DNA of 63,964 nucleotides, the filler included, from Deltaproteobacteria bacterium (GTDB lineage: Bacteria > JAUYMQ01), in assembly GCA_030698575.1 (NCBI GenBank). It is 8 parts of 8 records of this genome, joined end to end, with 100 filler letters (N's around TTAATTAATTAA, not from the genome) between each part and the next. Parts side by side here need not be neighbours in the genome. Positions count along the whole stretch, not along the records: positions 31,665 to 38,617 come from JAUYMQ010000067.1; positions 38,718 to 42,616 come from JAUYMQ010000102.1; positions 42,717 to 46,284 come from JAUYMQ010000112.1; positions 46,385 to 52,210 come from JAUYMQ010000133.1; 4 more parts are not named here. The stretch is one strand, 5' to 3'. A program made the translations under genes and the position numbers. This document shows, piece after piece, positions 35,933-46,471 of the stretch (within the stretch, counting starts at the first letter, position 1; each line of letters opens with the position of its first letter). The notes under the pieces are model-generated. The model made no database searches and was not told where the DNA came from. It saw nothing but the letters and a program-made list of their open reading frames with translations.

Positions 35933-37585
35933 ATGTCGACTGAACCGACCCTGGAACAAGGCAAGCAGATCGCCGCGGCGCTGCGCGCGTTCACCGACGC
36001 CGCGGTGGCCGAGGCGTCCAAGAAAACCGAAGGCGGCAAGCGCATCGATGATCACCAGGTGCACGCCGAACGCATAGCGCAACTCGCCACCGAGCTGCGC
36101 GCGGTCGAGGAGTTCCTCGCCTACGCCGAGCGGGTCGCCGGTGAAGCGAGCGCCGATCCCCTCATCGACAGCATGGTGATCGCCTTTGCGGGAGAGATCG
36201 CGGCCAAGAGCCTGGCCAGCGCGAGCGCGGCGCTCGACGACTACGGCATCAGCGAGGACGCGCTCGGCAAGACGCTCGGCGCGGCGGACGTCCAGAAGCT
36301 CGTGCGGGCGGCGATGCATGAGTCGCGCTTCCGCGAGATCGGCCGGAAGGTGGCGGAGCAGGGGGGTGAGAACAACATCTGGCTGGGCGACGACATCCTG
36401 AACGCCACCCGCGATTCGGTGCGAAATTTCGCCCGCAACGAGGTGGCGCCGGGCGCCGAGAAGCTCCATCGCAATGACGATCTGGTCACCGACGAGTTGA
36501 TCTCGAAAATGGCCGAGCAGGGCTACTTCGGCCTTTCGATCCCCGAGGCCTGGGGCGGAAGCGAATTCGGCAACCAGGCGATGATCATCACGACCGAGGA
36601 GCTCTCGGCGGCCTCGCTGGCGGGCGCCGGAAGCCTCATCACGCGGCCCGAAATTCTCGCCAAGGCGCTGCTTCAGGGCGGGACGGAGGACCAGAAGAAG
36701 AAGTGGCTTCCGCCCATCGCCTCCGGCGAGCTGATGGTGGCCGTCGCGGTGACGGAGCCCAATATCGGAAGCGACGTGGCGGGCGTGGCCTGCTCGGCCG
36801 AGCGCGGCGCGCAGGACGGCGTCGACGGCTGGTTCATCACCGGGCCCAAGGCCTGGTGCACCTTCGCCGGGCGCGCCAACGTGCTGGCCCTTCTCGTGCG
36901 CACCGATCCTGATCGAAAGCTCGGCGCCAAGGGACTCTCGCTGCTGATCGTTCCGAAGGATCCCTTCACGGGCCACAGTTTCGAGATGAAGCAGCCTGGC
37001 GGCGGATCCATGGTGGGCAAGGCAGACGCCACGCCCGGCTACCGCGGCATGCACTCCTACACCCTGCAGCTCGATCGTTACTTCGTTCCCGCCGAGAATC
37101 TTGTGGGCGAGCAGGCGGGCGAGGGGAAGGGCTTTTACCTTCAGATGGCGGGCTTCGCGGCCGGACGGTTGCAGACCGGCGGGCGCGCCTGCGGCGTCAT
37201 GCAGGCGGCGCTGCAAACGACGGCCGCCTACGTGACCTCGCGCGCGCAGTTCGGGAAGCCGCTGATCGACTACCAGCTCACTCAGTACAAGCTCGGGCGC
37301 ATGGCCACGCACCTGAATGCCGCGCGGCAGATCACCTATGCCGCGGCGCGGGTCATGGACGAGAAGGGGGGCGAGGCCGCGCTGGAGCCGGCGCAGGCCA
37401 AGCTCTTCGCGAGCGACACCGCGGTCTGGACGAGCCAGGAAGGGCAGCTGCTGCACGGCGGGTGGGGCTACGCCGAGGAGTACGCGATCAGCCGGTACGT
37501 GGTCGACGCGCAGGTGCTTCCCATTTTCGAGGGCGTGAAGCCCATCCTCGAGCTCAAGGTCATCGCGCGGAACCTGCTCAGGTAG
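35933..37585 (+). CDS. Acyl-CoA dehydrogenase, (2S)-methylsuccinyl-CoA dehydrogenase-like
   Basis: 550 aa with N-terminal extension; GSLITRPEI, GYRGMHSY, GRLQTGGRA, LHGGWGYAEEY, IFEG. Confidence 0.8.
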   Translation: MSTEPTLEQGKQIAAALRAFTDAAVAEASKKTEGGKRIDDHQVHAERIAQLATELRAVEEFLAYAERVAGEASADPLIDSMVIAFAGEIAAKSLASASAALDDYGISEDALGKTLGAADVQKLVRAAMHESRFREIGRKVAEQGGENNIWLGDDILNATRDSVRNFARNEVAPGAEKLHRNDDLVTDELISKMAEQGYFGLSIPEAWGGSEFGNQAMIITTEELSAASLAGAGSLITRPEILAKALLQGGTEDQKKKWLPPIASGELMVAVAVTEPNIGSDVAGVACSAERGAQDGVDGWFITGPKAWCTFAGRANVLALLVRTDPDRKLGAKGLSLLIVPKDPFTGHSFEMKQPGGGSMVGKADATPGYRGMHSYTLQLDRYFVPAENLVGEQAGEGKGFYLQMAGFAAGRLQTGGRACGVMQAALQTTAAYVTSRAQFGKPLIDYQLTQYKLGRMATHLNAARQITYAAARVMDEKGGEAALEPAQAKLFASDTAVWTSQEGQLLHGGWGYAEEYAISRYVVDAQVLPIFEGVKPILELKVIARNLLR

Positions 37586-37609
37586 GGGGCCCGGGCGTCG
37601 CGAGCAGCC

Positions 37610-38617
37610 ATGCTTCCCGATCCCAACCCGCAAGAGCGTCGCTGGTGGGGAGCCGCGGTTTCGGCCCTGACGTTGATGCTCGCTCTTGTCCGGCTGGGCC
37701 AGTCGAGCCTCTGGGCCGATGAGTCCTACACCGCGAACATCGGGCTCCAGGTTCTGAAATTCGGTCTGCCGCGAATGGAGGGCAGCCTGTTCGTCCCCGA
37801 ATCGATTGAGTGGGGCGTCCGGGGAGGGATCTGGATCTGGGACGGCTGGCTGCAGTACTACATCTCCGCGGCCGGGGAAGCGATCTTCGGTCAAACGGCG
37901 TTCGGCGCCCGTTTCTTCCACACTCTGGCGGGCGCCCTCGTTCCCTGGGCCGCGTACCCTCTGTTTCGGGCCATCGCTTCGAGGCGCGGCGTCGCGGAGT
38001 CCGCAACGCTGCTGACGGGCCTGTCGGTCCAGTTCCTGGTCGCCATCCGCCAGGCGCGCTACTATCCGGAAGGCATCCTCCTCACGGTCCTGCTGCTCCG
38101 CGCCTATCAGGGGGGACTTGTCGGCCGGCCTCGCGCCGCCTGGATGCTTGCTCTCTGGTCGGTCTTCCTTTTCTACACGAACTTCGTCTGGTTCAGCCTC
38201 CTCGGAGTCACGCTATTGATCCATTTGGCGCTCGTCCGGCCGCCCCTCGGCGTGTCGGCTCGGATGGCGGCCGCGGGCCTCAGCGCGCTTGTGACAATCC
38301 TGCCCTTTGCACTCTGGAGCCGTGTGTGGGACCGCCGATGGGGGACGTCGATCTCCAGCCAGGATCCCTACATTGCGCTTTCCGCCATCAGGTATTACCT
38401 GCTAGAGATCAATCTCCACGGGGCGCCGATGCTGCTCCTCTTCGGGGCGGCCGCGTATGCCGCGGGTCGAGCCCATCCCGTGAGGGCAGTGCTGTGCCTT
38501 CTCGGCGCCGTGCTCTTTCCGGCTGTGCTCCCTCAGAGCTACACGCCGTTAGCGACATGGGTCTTCGCGGTTCTTCTCGTCGTCTTCGGAGGCGTCGGCG
38601 TCGCCATGATCGCGTCG
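37610..38617 (+). CDS. ArnT/PMT-like GT-C glycosyltransferase (3' truncated)
   Basis: SLWADE, FGARF, RQARYY; many TM helices. Confidence 0.8.
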
Positions 38618-38717
38618 NNNNNNNNNNNNNNNNNNNNNNNNNNNNNNNNNNNNNNNNNNNNTTAATTAATTAANNNNNNNNNNNNNNNNNNNNNNNNNNN
38701 NNNNNNNNNNNNNNNNN
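38618..38717. other. Artificial contig linker
   Basis: N run with TTAATTAATTAA. Confidence 0.99.
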
Positions 38718-39137
38718 GGGGCGCTGCTCCTTTCCACACCCTGCGCCCTCTCGCCCACGCGCGCGCTGTTGCGGCTGGCTGCCGTCTTCGGCCTCGGACC
38801 CGGCCTGCCGGCCGAGCAGCATGTCGACCGGCGAGTGGCCGGCGTTCTCGGGCGTTCGGGGGAGGGCGTGAGGCCCGAAGCGCTCCTTCGGCTCAAGCGT
38901 CACTATCGTTTCCGCGAGGTCGTCGCGCTCATGGGCGCGTCCGGGTACCGGCTGCGGCGGAGTCTGGGAGCAACGCTGGACCTCCCGCCCCCGGTCCTCA
39001 TCTACCGCTATCTTCCGGCGCGATCTCTCGGGGCGGTGCGGGTCGTAGAAGTCGCGCTCAACCGCCTTCGCCTGTTCTCAAGGGTTTTATCCGTCTCCAC
39101 TGTGTTTCATTTCGAGAAGTCGAAGGTCGCTGGCTAG
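38718..39137 (+). CDS. Probable class I SAM methyltransferase, C-terminal part (5' truncated)
   Basis: GALLLSTP...RHYRFREVVALMGASGY pattern; polysaccharide-locus context. Confidence 0.5.
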   Translation, partial: GALLLSTPCALSPTRALLRLAAVFGLGPGLPAEQHVDRRVAGVLGRSGEGVRPEALLRLKRHYRFREVVALMGASGYRLRRSLGATLDLPPPVLIYRYLPARSLGAVRVVEVALNRLRLFSRVLSVSTVFHFEKSKVAG

Positions 39138-39221
39138 ATCCCGGGAGGGAACCGGTCTTCGAACATTGGCAAGTGTGGGCCGCCGCCCGCGAAGGACGAT
39201 GCCCCGGAGGTCATTGCAATC

Positions 39222-39974
39222 ATGAAGGTAATTCTGCTGCTGGGAGCCGAGAATCGCGTGAGGGGTGCAAAGGCCGTCATCGAGGCCGGGCTGTCGCTCG
39301 ATGCCATCGCGGTGCCGCCCGGACTTCCGAAAGCGAAGATCGAGGAAACGGCGCGAGACGAGGGGTGTGAGGTGCTGGAGACGCCGCGCGCCGGCGTGCT
39401 GCAACTCCTCCAATCGCGCCGCCCGGACGTCGTCCTGAGCGTCGGATGGCCCTACCTCTTCGGCCGAAAGATCCTCGAAACGCGCTGCCTCCTGCTCAAC
39501 TCCCACCCCACGCTCCTGCCGAAGTACCGGGGGCCGAACCCCTGGTACCATGTCCTGGCGAATGGAGAAACGAAGAGCGGCGTCACCATCCACAAGATCG
39601 ACGAGGGGATGGACACCGGCCCCATCCTGCATCAGCGCGAGTTCCCCCTGACGCGCTTCGACACCTACCGCAGCCTGAAGGCCAGGACGCTGGTCGAGGA
39701 GCCGGTGGCCATCCGGGAGGCGCTCGCGCTCGTTCGCGACGGCAACGTCCGGTTTCACGCGCAGCGCGAGGAGGAGGCGACGAGCTACCCGGGAAGGCGG
39801 AAGCCGGAACACTCGTGCATCGATGCGGCGCAGCCGCTCATGGATCTGGTCGATGCGATTCGCGCCTGCGATCCGGATGGGTTCCCCGCCTACTTCGAGT
39901 ACCATGGACAGAAGCTCTACGTTCGCCTCTCCAGAACGTCGATCCCGGAAGGGGATCATCCGGAGAGCCTTTGA
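39222..39974 (+). CDS. Formyltransferase (Fmt-like, probably sugar N-formyltransferase)
   Basis: NSHPTLLPKYRG, GVTIHKIDEGMDTGPI; GGAGG RBS. Confidence 0.9.
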   Translation: MKVILLLGAENRVRGAKAVIEAGLSLDAIAVPPGLPKAKIEETARDEGCEVLETPRAGVLQLLQSRRPDVVLSVGWPYLFGRKILETRCLLLNSHPTLLPKYRGPNPWYHVLANGETKSGVTIHKIDEGMDTGPILHQREFPLTRFDTYRSLKARTLVEEPVAIREALALVRDGNVRFHAQREEEATSYPGRRKPEHSCIDAAQPLMDLVDAIRACDPDGFPAYFEYHGQKLYVRLSRTSIPEGDHPESL

Positions 39975-41140
39975 CGGCCTGCCGGCGGTCAGAGGTGCAG
40001 GAGGCCCGGGCCTTGAAGCATGCGGGGTATCGGAGGGAGGGGATCGGCAGCCGCTTTCCACTCGATCTGCCGGCGCTGCTTGGTCCCGCGCGGGACGAGT
40101 TCCGTTGGCGGGACGACCGTTGTGTCGCACTCGAGACCGGCAGGGCCGCCATCGGGTGGCTCATCGACGCGCTTGGACTCGGGCCCGGCGATCGGGCGCT
40201 ACTCCCCGCTTACGTCTGCGAGGCCGCCGTGGCCCCATTCCGCCTCCGTGGTGTCGACCTCGATTTCTACCGCGTGGGGGCGAACCTCGTCCCCGATGGC
40301 GAGGACGCCACCTCGCGGCTCACCCCGCGAACTCGACTTCTCATGGTGGTCCACTACTTCGGCTTTCCCGCGAGCCGGGAGGCGCTCTCGGGCATGCCAG
40401 AGGCCGAGAACCTCGTGCGGCTCGAAGACTGGGTGCAGGGCCCGCTCTCCGCGGGCGCGCTCGCAGACGAGAGCTTCGGCGACTACCGCGTTCTCGCCTG
40501 GCACAAGATCCTTCCTGTCCCCGACAGCGGCCTGCTCATACGGGGCGCGGGGGTGCCCCCCCCGCCGCACAGCCCTCCGCTCCGCGCGCCCCGGGCGGCC
40601 TTCTTCGGGCGGCGGCTCGTGGCCAAGAGCCTCAAGGCGCTGGCGGTGAAGATCACCGGTGGCGCGCCCCGCGGACTCTACCGGCCGCTATTCGACGCCG
40701 CCGAGAGTGCCGCCGGGGCGGGAGCGCCCGTGCGGATGTCCCGCTTCTCCCGCCGCCTCATCGAGCGATTGCCCCTCGGTGCGATCGTGCGGCGTCGCCG
40801 TGAGAATTTCCGCCGCCTGGCGGACGCGCTCTCGGATCTCCCGAGCCTCACGTTGCTTCGGAGCGATCTTCCCGAGGGGGTCTGCCCGCTGGGCCTTCCG
40901 GTCCGCCTGCCGGATCGCGACCGCGTCCTCGCCCGTCTCGTCGCCGCCCGAATCTACCCGCCCGTGCACTGGGCGCTCCCGGCGGAGGTAGACCCGGCAG
41001 CCTTTCCGGAGGAGGCTGCACTCGCGGCCGAGGAACTGACGCTCCCCGTCGATCAGCGTTATGGTGCGGAAGAGATGGATTTCATCGCCGGACAGCTCCG
41101 TGAGGCGCTCGCCCGGGAAGGACAGGGGGGCGCGCTGTGA
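39971..41140 (+). CDS. DegT/DnrJ-like PLP-dependent aminotransferase-fold protein
   Basis: TGRAAI, LLPAYVC, VVHYFGF, WHKILPVPDSG, RRRENF, LTLPVDQRY; start uncertain. Confidence 0.8.
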   Translation: MTACRRSEVQEARALKHAGYRREGIGSRFPLDLPALLGPARDEFRWRDDRCVALETGRAAIGWLIDALGLGPGDRALLPAYVCEAAVAPFRLRGVDLDFYRVGANLVPDGEDATSRLTPRTRLLMVVHYFGFPASREALSGMPEAENLVRLEDWVQGPLSAGALADESFGDYRVLAWHKILPVPDSGLLIRGAGVPPPPHSPPLRAPRAAFFGRRLVAKSLKALAVKITGGAPRGLYRPLFDAAESAAGAGAPVRMSRFSRRLIERLPLGAIVRRRRENFRRLADALSDLPSLTLLRSDLPEGVCPLGLPVRLPDRDRVLARLVAARIYPPVHWALPAEVDPAAFPEEAALAAEELTLPVDQRYGAEEMDFIAGQLREALAREGQGGAL

Positions 41141-42273
41141 GCGGTGGAAAGCTGACGCTTCTCCGGGCGGAGGGCGCGGATGCCGCGCGCTGGACGGCGG
41201 CGCTCGAGGGCATGCCCGGCGCGGACATCTATTTCACGCCGGCCTACACCCGTCTTTTCAGCGAGCTGGAGGGTGATGAGGCGATCGCAGCGCTCTGGGA
41301 GAGCACGCGGGGGCGCGCCCTCTTTCCGCTCCAGATCCGCTCGCTTGCCCGGCTCCCGTTCTGCTCCCCCGGGCGGCTGGGGGGGAGGGGCAGCACCCCG
41401 GCCTACGATGCCGCAAGCCCCTACGGTTACTCGGGCCCCCTCGTGGATGCCCCAGGGGGGGAAGCCCCTGATCTCATTAGGGAATTCACCGGTGCGCTCT
41501 GGGAGGAACTCCGGGGGCGCCGGATCGTCAGCCTCTTCATTCGCTTCCACCCACTCGCCAAAAATACCGAGTATTTTCAGGTAGATGGCATCGACCCAGC
41601 GCTCCGCAGCGAGACCGTCTATATGGACCTCACGGGCGCGTGGTATAAAGGGCTGACATCCAAGTGCCGTTACGAAGTAAGGAAAAGTGACCGTCGCGGC
41701 GCAATTGTGGAGGTTTCCGAGGACCCCGATGACTGGCGCGTTTTCGGGGAACTCTACCGCGCGACCATGATTCATCGAAGCGCGCGGAAATGGTACGTGT
41801 TTCCTCAATCTTTCTTCGAGGAGACACGCCGTCTCCTCGGTCGCGGCGTATTCTTGTTGGTCGCCCGGCACGCGGGGAGCTTAGTCGCGGGGAGCCTGTT
41901 TCTCCAGGGATTTGGCAAGCTGCACTACCATCTCTCGGGCGCTACCCCGGAGGCTGCGGGGCTCGGCGTGAGCAACAGGCTCATCGTCGAGGCGGCGCGC
42001 ATCGGCGAGGCCCGCGGCGCCACCACGCTGCACCTGGGCGGCGGCCTGGTCCCCGGAGACGGGCTTTACAAGTACAAAGCGTCCTTCTCTCCGCTTCGAG
42101 CGGTGTGGGACAAAGCCTGCGTCGTTCTGGACCGAGAGGCGTACGCGGATCTCGAGGAAGGGCGCCGGAAGTTTCTCACGGCCAGGGCTGACGAGGCGGT
42201 GGAGGAGAACCCCAGGTACTTTCCTGCCTATCGCCAAGGCCTCCAGCGGTTCATGGAAGGCCGGAACGGCTAG
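41137..42273 (+). CDS. GNAT-fold (FemAB-like) acyltransferase
   Basis: SPYGYSGP, FIRFHP, HYHLSG, LHLGGG...LYKYKASF. Confidence 0.85.
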   Translation: MSGGKLTLLRAEGADAARWTAALEGMPGADIYFTPAYTRLFSELEGDEAIAALWESTRGRALFPLQIRSLARLPFCSPGRLGGRGSTPAYDAASPYGYSGPLVDAPGGEAPDLIREFTGALWEELRGRRIVSLFIRFHPLAKNTEYFQVDGIDPALRSETVYMDLTGAWYKGLTSKCRYEVRKSDRRGAIVEVSEDPDDWRVFGELYRATMIHRSARKWYVFPQSFFEETRRLLGRGVFLLVARHAGSLVAGSLFLQGFGKLHYHLSGATPEAAGLGVSNRLIVEAARIGEARGATTLHLGGGLVPGDGLYKYKASFSPLRAVWDKACVVLDREAYADLEEGRRKFLTARADEAVEENPRYFPAYRQGLQRFMEGRNG

Positions 42274-42291
42274 GTTTCCACGGAGTCGAGC

Positions 42292-42616
42292 TTGAGTTAC
42301 ACCGGGGCAACAGGCGGGTCAGCCCGGCAGGAGGGACCGTCGGGCGATCACGTCGTCGTCTTCGGCGCGGGTCCAGCTGGGCTGTCGGCCGCCTGGAAGC
42401 TCGCCCGGGCGGGCCGCATGGTCACTGTCCTCGAGCGGGAGCCCCAGACCGGCGGGCTGGCCCGTACCTTCTCCTACCGCGATTTTCTCTTCGACTACGG
42501 GCCGCACTCTTTTCACAACGACATCCCCGAGGTCGTCCGCGAGATGGGTGAGCTGCTGGGCTCCGACTTCCACACCAAGTCCTTCCAGGCCAAGGTCGTC
42601 TTTCAAAACAAGTTCG
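42292..42616 (+). CDS. FAD-dependent oxidoreductase (3' truncated)
   Basis: GAGPAGLSAA, LERE...GGLART...FDYGPH. Confidence 0.85.
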
Positions 42617-42716
42617 NNNNNNNNNNNNNNNNNNNNNNNNNNNNNNNNNNNNNNNNNNNNTTAATTAATTAANNNNNNNNNNNNNNNNNNNNNNNNNNNN
42701 NNNNNNNNNNNNNNNN
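42617..42716. other. Artificial contig linker
   Basis: N run with TTAATTAATTAA. Confidence 0.99.
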
Positions 42717-42791
42717 TGGGCGCGCACCGCCTACGAGGCCTCTCTCCAGCGCAAGCCTCCGCCGAAAAAGCGTCCGCGCGCCTCGAGGTGA
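42717..42791 (+). CDS. C-terminal end of a truncated gene (possibly TfoX/Sxy family)
   Basis: WARTAYEASLQRKPPPKKRPRASR-stop; only 24 residues visible. Confidence 0.3.
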   Translation, partial: WARTAYEASLQRKPPPKKRPRASR

Positions 42792-42827
42792 GCTGCGGAT
42801 CTTTTTGCCTGTCACAGCCATAGAGTA

Positions 42828-43433
42828 TTGCTGGGAGATGGAGGTCGATCAGTGGCGGGCCAGGTAGTGGTGTTTCCGGCGGGTAGCGATCGGAGGCTGG
42901 CGGAAGATCTCACGCTCACACTGGCCCCGTCCCGAACGGGAGTCCTTGACGAGGCGCACTACGACAGAATAGAGATCGAGGCGCTGACACTGCTCAGGCG
43001 TTGGCAGGCCCTGGGGTACGATCGGGTAACGGTCTTCGAGCTGTTGCAGCTTCAAAGGAACGGAGAATCATGGGCCTTTGAAATCATTCCGAGGAGAGAT
43101 GCGTTCCTTGCCCGATGGATCCACAGGCGCCTACGTCCTATTAGAACGATCAGCCGAGATTCCGGCTGCACCTTTGCGGTTGGCTGCGTTAGGAACGCGC
43201 GTAACGAAATCCTGTCGAGGACCCTGGGGTCGGAAATCGACCAGCTCCCACCGAGGTTAGAGAACCCCGAAGAACTCGCCTATACCTCTGATCGGCTGCG
43301 CACCGTATTTCCCCCGGGAGCGCGCTGGGGGCTTCCTTGGGTCCTCGCCTGCGTGCACGAATTGGAGAGCTACCAGGCGGAAGTGCTGGCGCCGGGGCTG
43401 ATGAAAATCCTCGCGGGATCAATCCCCTCTTAG
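42828..43433 (+). CDS. Hypothetical protein
   Basis: 201-aa ORF with protein-like composition filling the space; no motif recognised; start uncertain. Confidence 0.5.
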   Translation: MLGDGGRSVAGQVVVFPAGSDRRLAEDLTLTLAPSRTGVLDEAHYDRIEIEALTLLRRWQALGYDRVTVFELLQLQRNGESWAFEIIPRRDAFLARWIHRRLRPIRTISRDSGCTFAVGCVRNARNEILSRTLGSEIDQLPPRLENPEELAYTSDRLRTVFPPGARWGLPWVLACVHELESYQAEVLAPGLMKILAGSIPS

Positions 43434-44257
43434 GGTTCGTTTCCCCATCTTGGCAGACCTTGTTTGTCCATCATCCTGTCGACATGCAGTAGATAGCGCC
43501 AGATCGTCTTGTTCATCCCCTTCTTCAGACGGGGAATCCATTCAAACCACGGTTCTGTAGCGTACCGATTCTTCAGATTCTCTTCGGCAACAACGTCCGC
43601 ATTCGGACCCAGCTTTAGGTTGATGACCGTTGGATTACACTGGTACACGGGGACCAACTGCGCCCCCTGTACAAGCGGATTCAATTTTCCCCGGAGCTCA
43701 TCGAGGCCCCATGATACAAATGGCAGTATGAAGATTGCTGGCTTGAGAGATTCGAGATCCGCTTTCACGTAATCGACGCTTTCTTTGAGATATTTCCAAG
43801 TTCCCGCATAGTCCTTATTCGTCTTCGCATTAAAACTGAACTTTCCGATGTTGGCCACCGCGATGCTTTCGATGAAGCGCACCGGATCGGGATCAACCTT
43901 CACTCCCAGCCGCGAACATACAAACGCCGAAGCGACCAGGAGCCCGCCGTCGCTGACCGGCTGGATGTGAACTCGTGGAAAAGGCGCGTTCGCTTTCCGG
44001 ATCTCTTTGCTCCATTCCTCGAAAACTAATCGATGTCGATCCCACGCACGGTCGTCGTAAAGATATTCCTCCTTCTCGATGTCTTTGTATCCAGCCAAGT
44101 TCTCGGCGCTTGCATACAGGAGCAATCCTTTTCCAGGCTCGTAATCTTTCCCCACAAAGGGAGCGCTTGGTTTTACTCCCTTGAACGCCCAGTCTGGAGT
44201 TCCCTCCTTCCAGAGTTCCATGTATTTGCTCTTGAGCGATGAAGAGAGCGCACTCAT
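43430..44257 (-). CDS. Hypothetical protein, possible uracil-DNA glycosylase superfamily fold
   Basis: GGAGG RBS; PFVGKDY...LLLYASAEN, IAVANIGK, DLESLKPAIFIL pattern; markedly lower GC. Confidence 0.6.
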   Translation of the reverse strand: MSALSSSLKSKYMELWKEGTPDWAFKGVKPSAPFVGKDYEPGKGLLLYASAENLAGYKDIEKEEYLYDDRAWDRHRLVFEEWSKEIRKANAPFPRVHIQPVSDGGLLVASAFVCSRLGVKVDPDPVRFIESIAVANIGKFSFNAKTNKDYAGTWKYLKESVDYVKADLESLKPAIFILPFVSWGLDELRGKLNPLVQGAQLVPVYQCNPTVINLKLGPNADVVAEENLKNRYATEPWFEWIPRLKKGMNKTIWRYLLHVDRMMDKQGLPRWGNEP

Positions 44258-44468
44258 TGTTCGGCCTCCCGGTCTTACGCACGCCAAGCTACCCGGAATT
44301 AGGGGCTCTGCCTGCAGGGCCACGCGCGGCGGCGCTCGCCGAGCCTGATTGTGGTAGTCTAATCACTCAGGCGAAATCCTGTCTAGGTACATCGTTGCCA
44401 GATGGCTGAAGGTTGACCGCCGTCGGGCCAAGGCCCGACCTACAATAAGCAGTGGGGGATGTGCTCCG

Positions 44469-46284
44469 GTGGATACGAGTCTCGAGGCCCAGATCGAAAA
44501 GGAGCTTGCGGCCTACAAGCCCTCCTGGCGGCCCGATCATCGTCATCAGCGTGACGTCTTTCGGAACCTCGTGCGCGCCTTCGTCCAGGGGGACGAGGGG
44601 CGCCTCCTGGGCCAGCGCGGACTTCCCACGCTGTTGCCGGAGCTCGAGAAAGCCCTTCGCTTCATGGCCATCCGTCCGGCCGGGAAGATCCTCGTCCGGG
44701 TCTTCAATCCCGACGCCGTCCCCGGCTCGCCCGCGCTCGATCGCACGATCATCGAAACCTGCATGCGGGATCAGCCCTTCATCGTCGACACCATCCGCCT
44801 CTACCTGCGGGCCGCGGGGCTGCGCGAGCGCTTCCTGACTCACCCGATCCTGGCCGTGCGCCGTGACAAGGAAGGCCGCATAGAGGAGCTGGGCGACAAC
44901 CTCGAGGGCGGACGTTCCGATTCCTTCGTCCACGCCGAGATCGACGCCGTTCCCCGCGAGCGCCACGGCACTATCGCCGCCGACATCGAGGATCTTCTTC
45001 GCCTTGCCATGTCGGTCGTGGGTGATTTCAGCGAGATGATCAAGGAAGTCAGGAACGCCGTGAAGGAGCTGGAGCACTACGCATCCACGTCCCCCGTGCG
45101 GAATGAGCAGGCCAGGGAAGCGAGCCAGTTCATGGACTGGCTAACCCAGGAGAATTTCGTTTTCCTCGGCTACCGAAGCTACTCCGTCTCGGACCCCGGC
45201 GGGGATCTGGAGATTGTCCTGCGGAAGGGGACGGGGCTGGGCATCGGCCGAGACGAGAAGCGTTCGCGCTACGTCGCTGCGCTGCGCGGGACCGCGGTCT
45301 CCCCCACTGTGCGCATGAATGTCCTCAGCGATGAACTGATCCTCATCGACAAGGCCAACGCCGATTCTCCCGTCCATCGTTCCGGAAAGATCGACCACAT
45401 CACGGTCAAGCAGTTCTCGCGCGACGGGGAGCTGTGCGGGCTCGGGGCGTACTTCGGCCTCTTCACTCATCGCGCGCTCGAAGAGCCTGGCAGCGAGGTG
45501 CCGATCCTCCGCACGAAGCTCCCCCGCGTGCTCGCGCTGGAGAGAGCCGTAGCCGGAACCCACCACTTCAAGGAGGTCTCGGCGGCTTTCGACTCGATGC
45601 CCCTCGAGTATCTTTTCCTCGCATCGCCGGCGGAGATTCAGGACACCATCCGGCTCATCATTGCCGCGCAGGCGCGCAACGAGATCGGATTGCACCTGAG
45701 CCGTGAGCCCTCGGGCCGATCGCTGCTCGTGATGCTCGTGCTACCGGCGGGAAAGTACGGCGAAGAGTTGAGGGAGGAGGTGGAGCGCTACCTGGCGGAG
45801 AACGCGCTGGCCACTTACTCGGACCACCGGGTGGCCTTCACCGAAATGGAAGCCGCGGTGGTGCACTTCTACTTCACCTCGGGGACCGGCGCGATCCCCG
45901 AGCTTGATCATGCGGCAATTCTCGAGAAGGTCCGCTCGCTGGCGCAGAGCTGGGGCGACCGCCTCCTGGAGGCGCTCACGGAGCGTCACGGCGTTGTCGC
46001 GGCCGCGCGGATCTTCCGGCGCTACGCGGAGGCCTTCCCCGAGTCCTACGAGGTAAGCAGCACCGCGGCGATGGCGGCCGAAGACATCGATCGAATCGAG
46101 GAGCTCCTGAAATCAGGAGACCTCCAGGTTTCGCTCAACCGGCACGCGAAGGAAGGCAAAGCCGCAGCCCTCCATCTCAGCATGTATGCGATGGAGCGCG
46201 TGACGCTCGCCGACAGCATGCCCGCCCTCGGCAACCTTGGCCTGCGCGTGGTCAGCGAGGTGCCGACCGACGTCCGGCCGGCTG
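44469..46284 (+). CDS. Large NAD-specific glutamate dehydrogenase, N-terminal ACT-like domains (3' truncated)
   Basis: DQPFIVDT, FMDWLTQENFVFLGYRSY, KANADSPVHR, GLFT, YAEAFPESY. Confidence 0.9.
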
Positions 46285-46384
46285 NNNNNNNNNNNNNNNN
46301 NNNNNNNNNNNNNNNNNNNNNNNNNNNNTTAATTAATTAANNNNNNNNNNNNNNNNNNNNNNNNNNNNNNNNNNNNNNNNNNNN
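46285..46384. other. Artificial contig linker
   Basis: N run with TTAATTAATTAA. Confidence 0.99.
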
Positions 46385-46471
46385 CGGCCCCGGCCACGCG
46401 CGCAGGTGGGACGCTCTCGGCGCGATCTCCCGCTCCGAAACGCCGCTCTCTGGTTGAGGGGTCGAAGCGCG

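Noticed and set aside
34421-37921. 1166-aa minus-strand ORF and other long antisense ORFs (e.g. 1823-3397, 7578-9350, 56109-58418)
   Set aside because: Shadow frames of well-supported opposite-strand genes, as expected in high-GC DNA; no motifs
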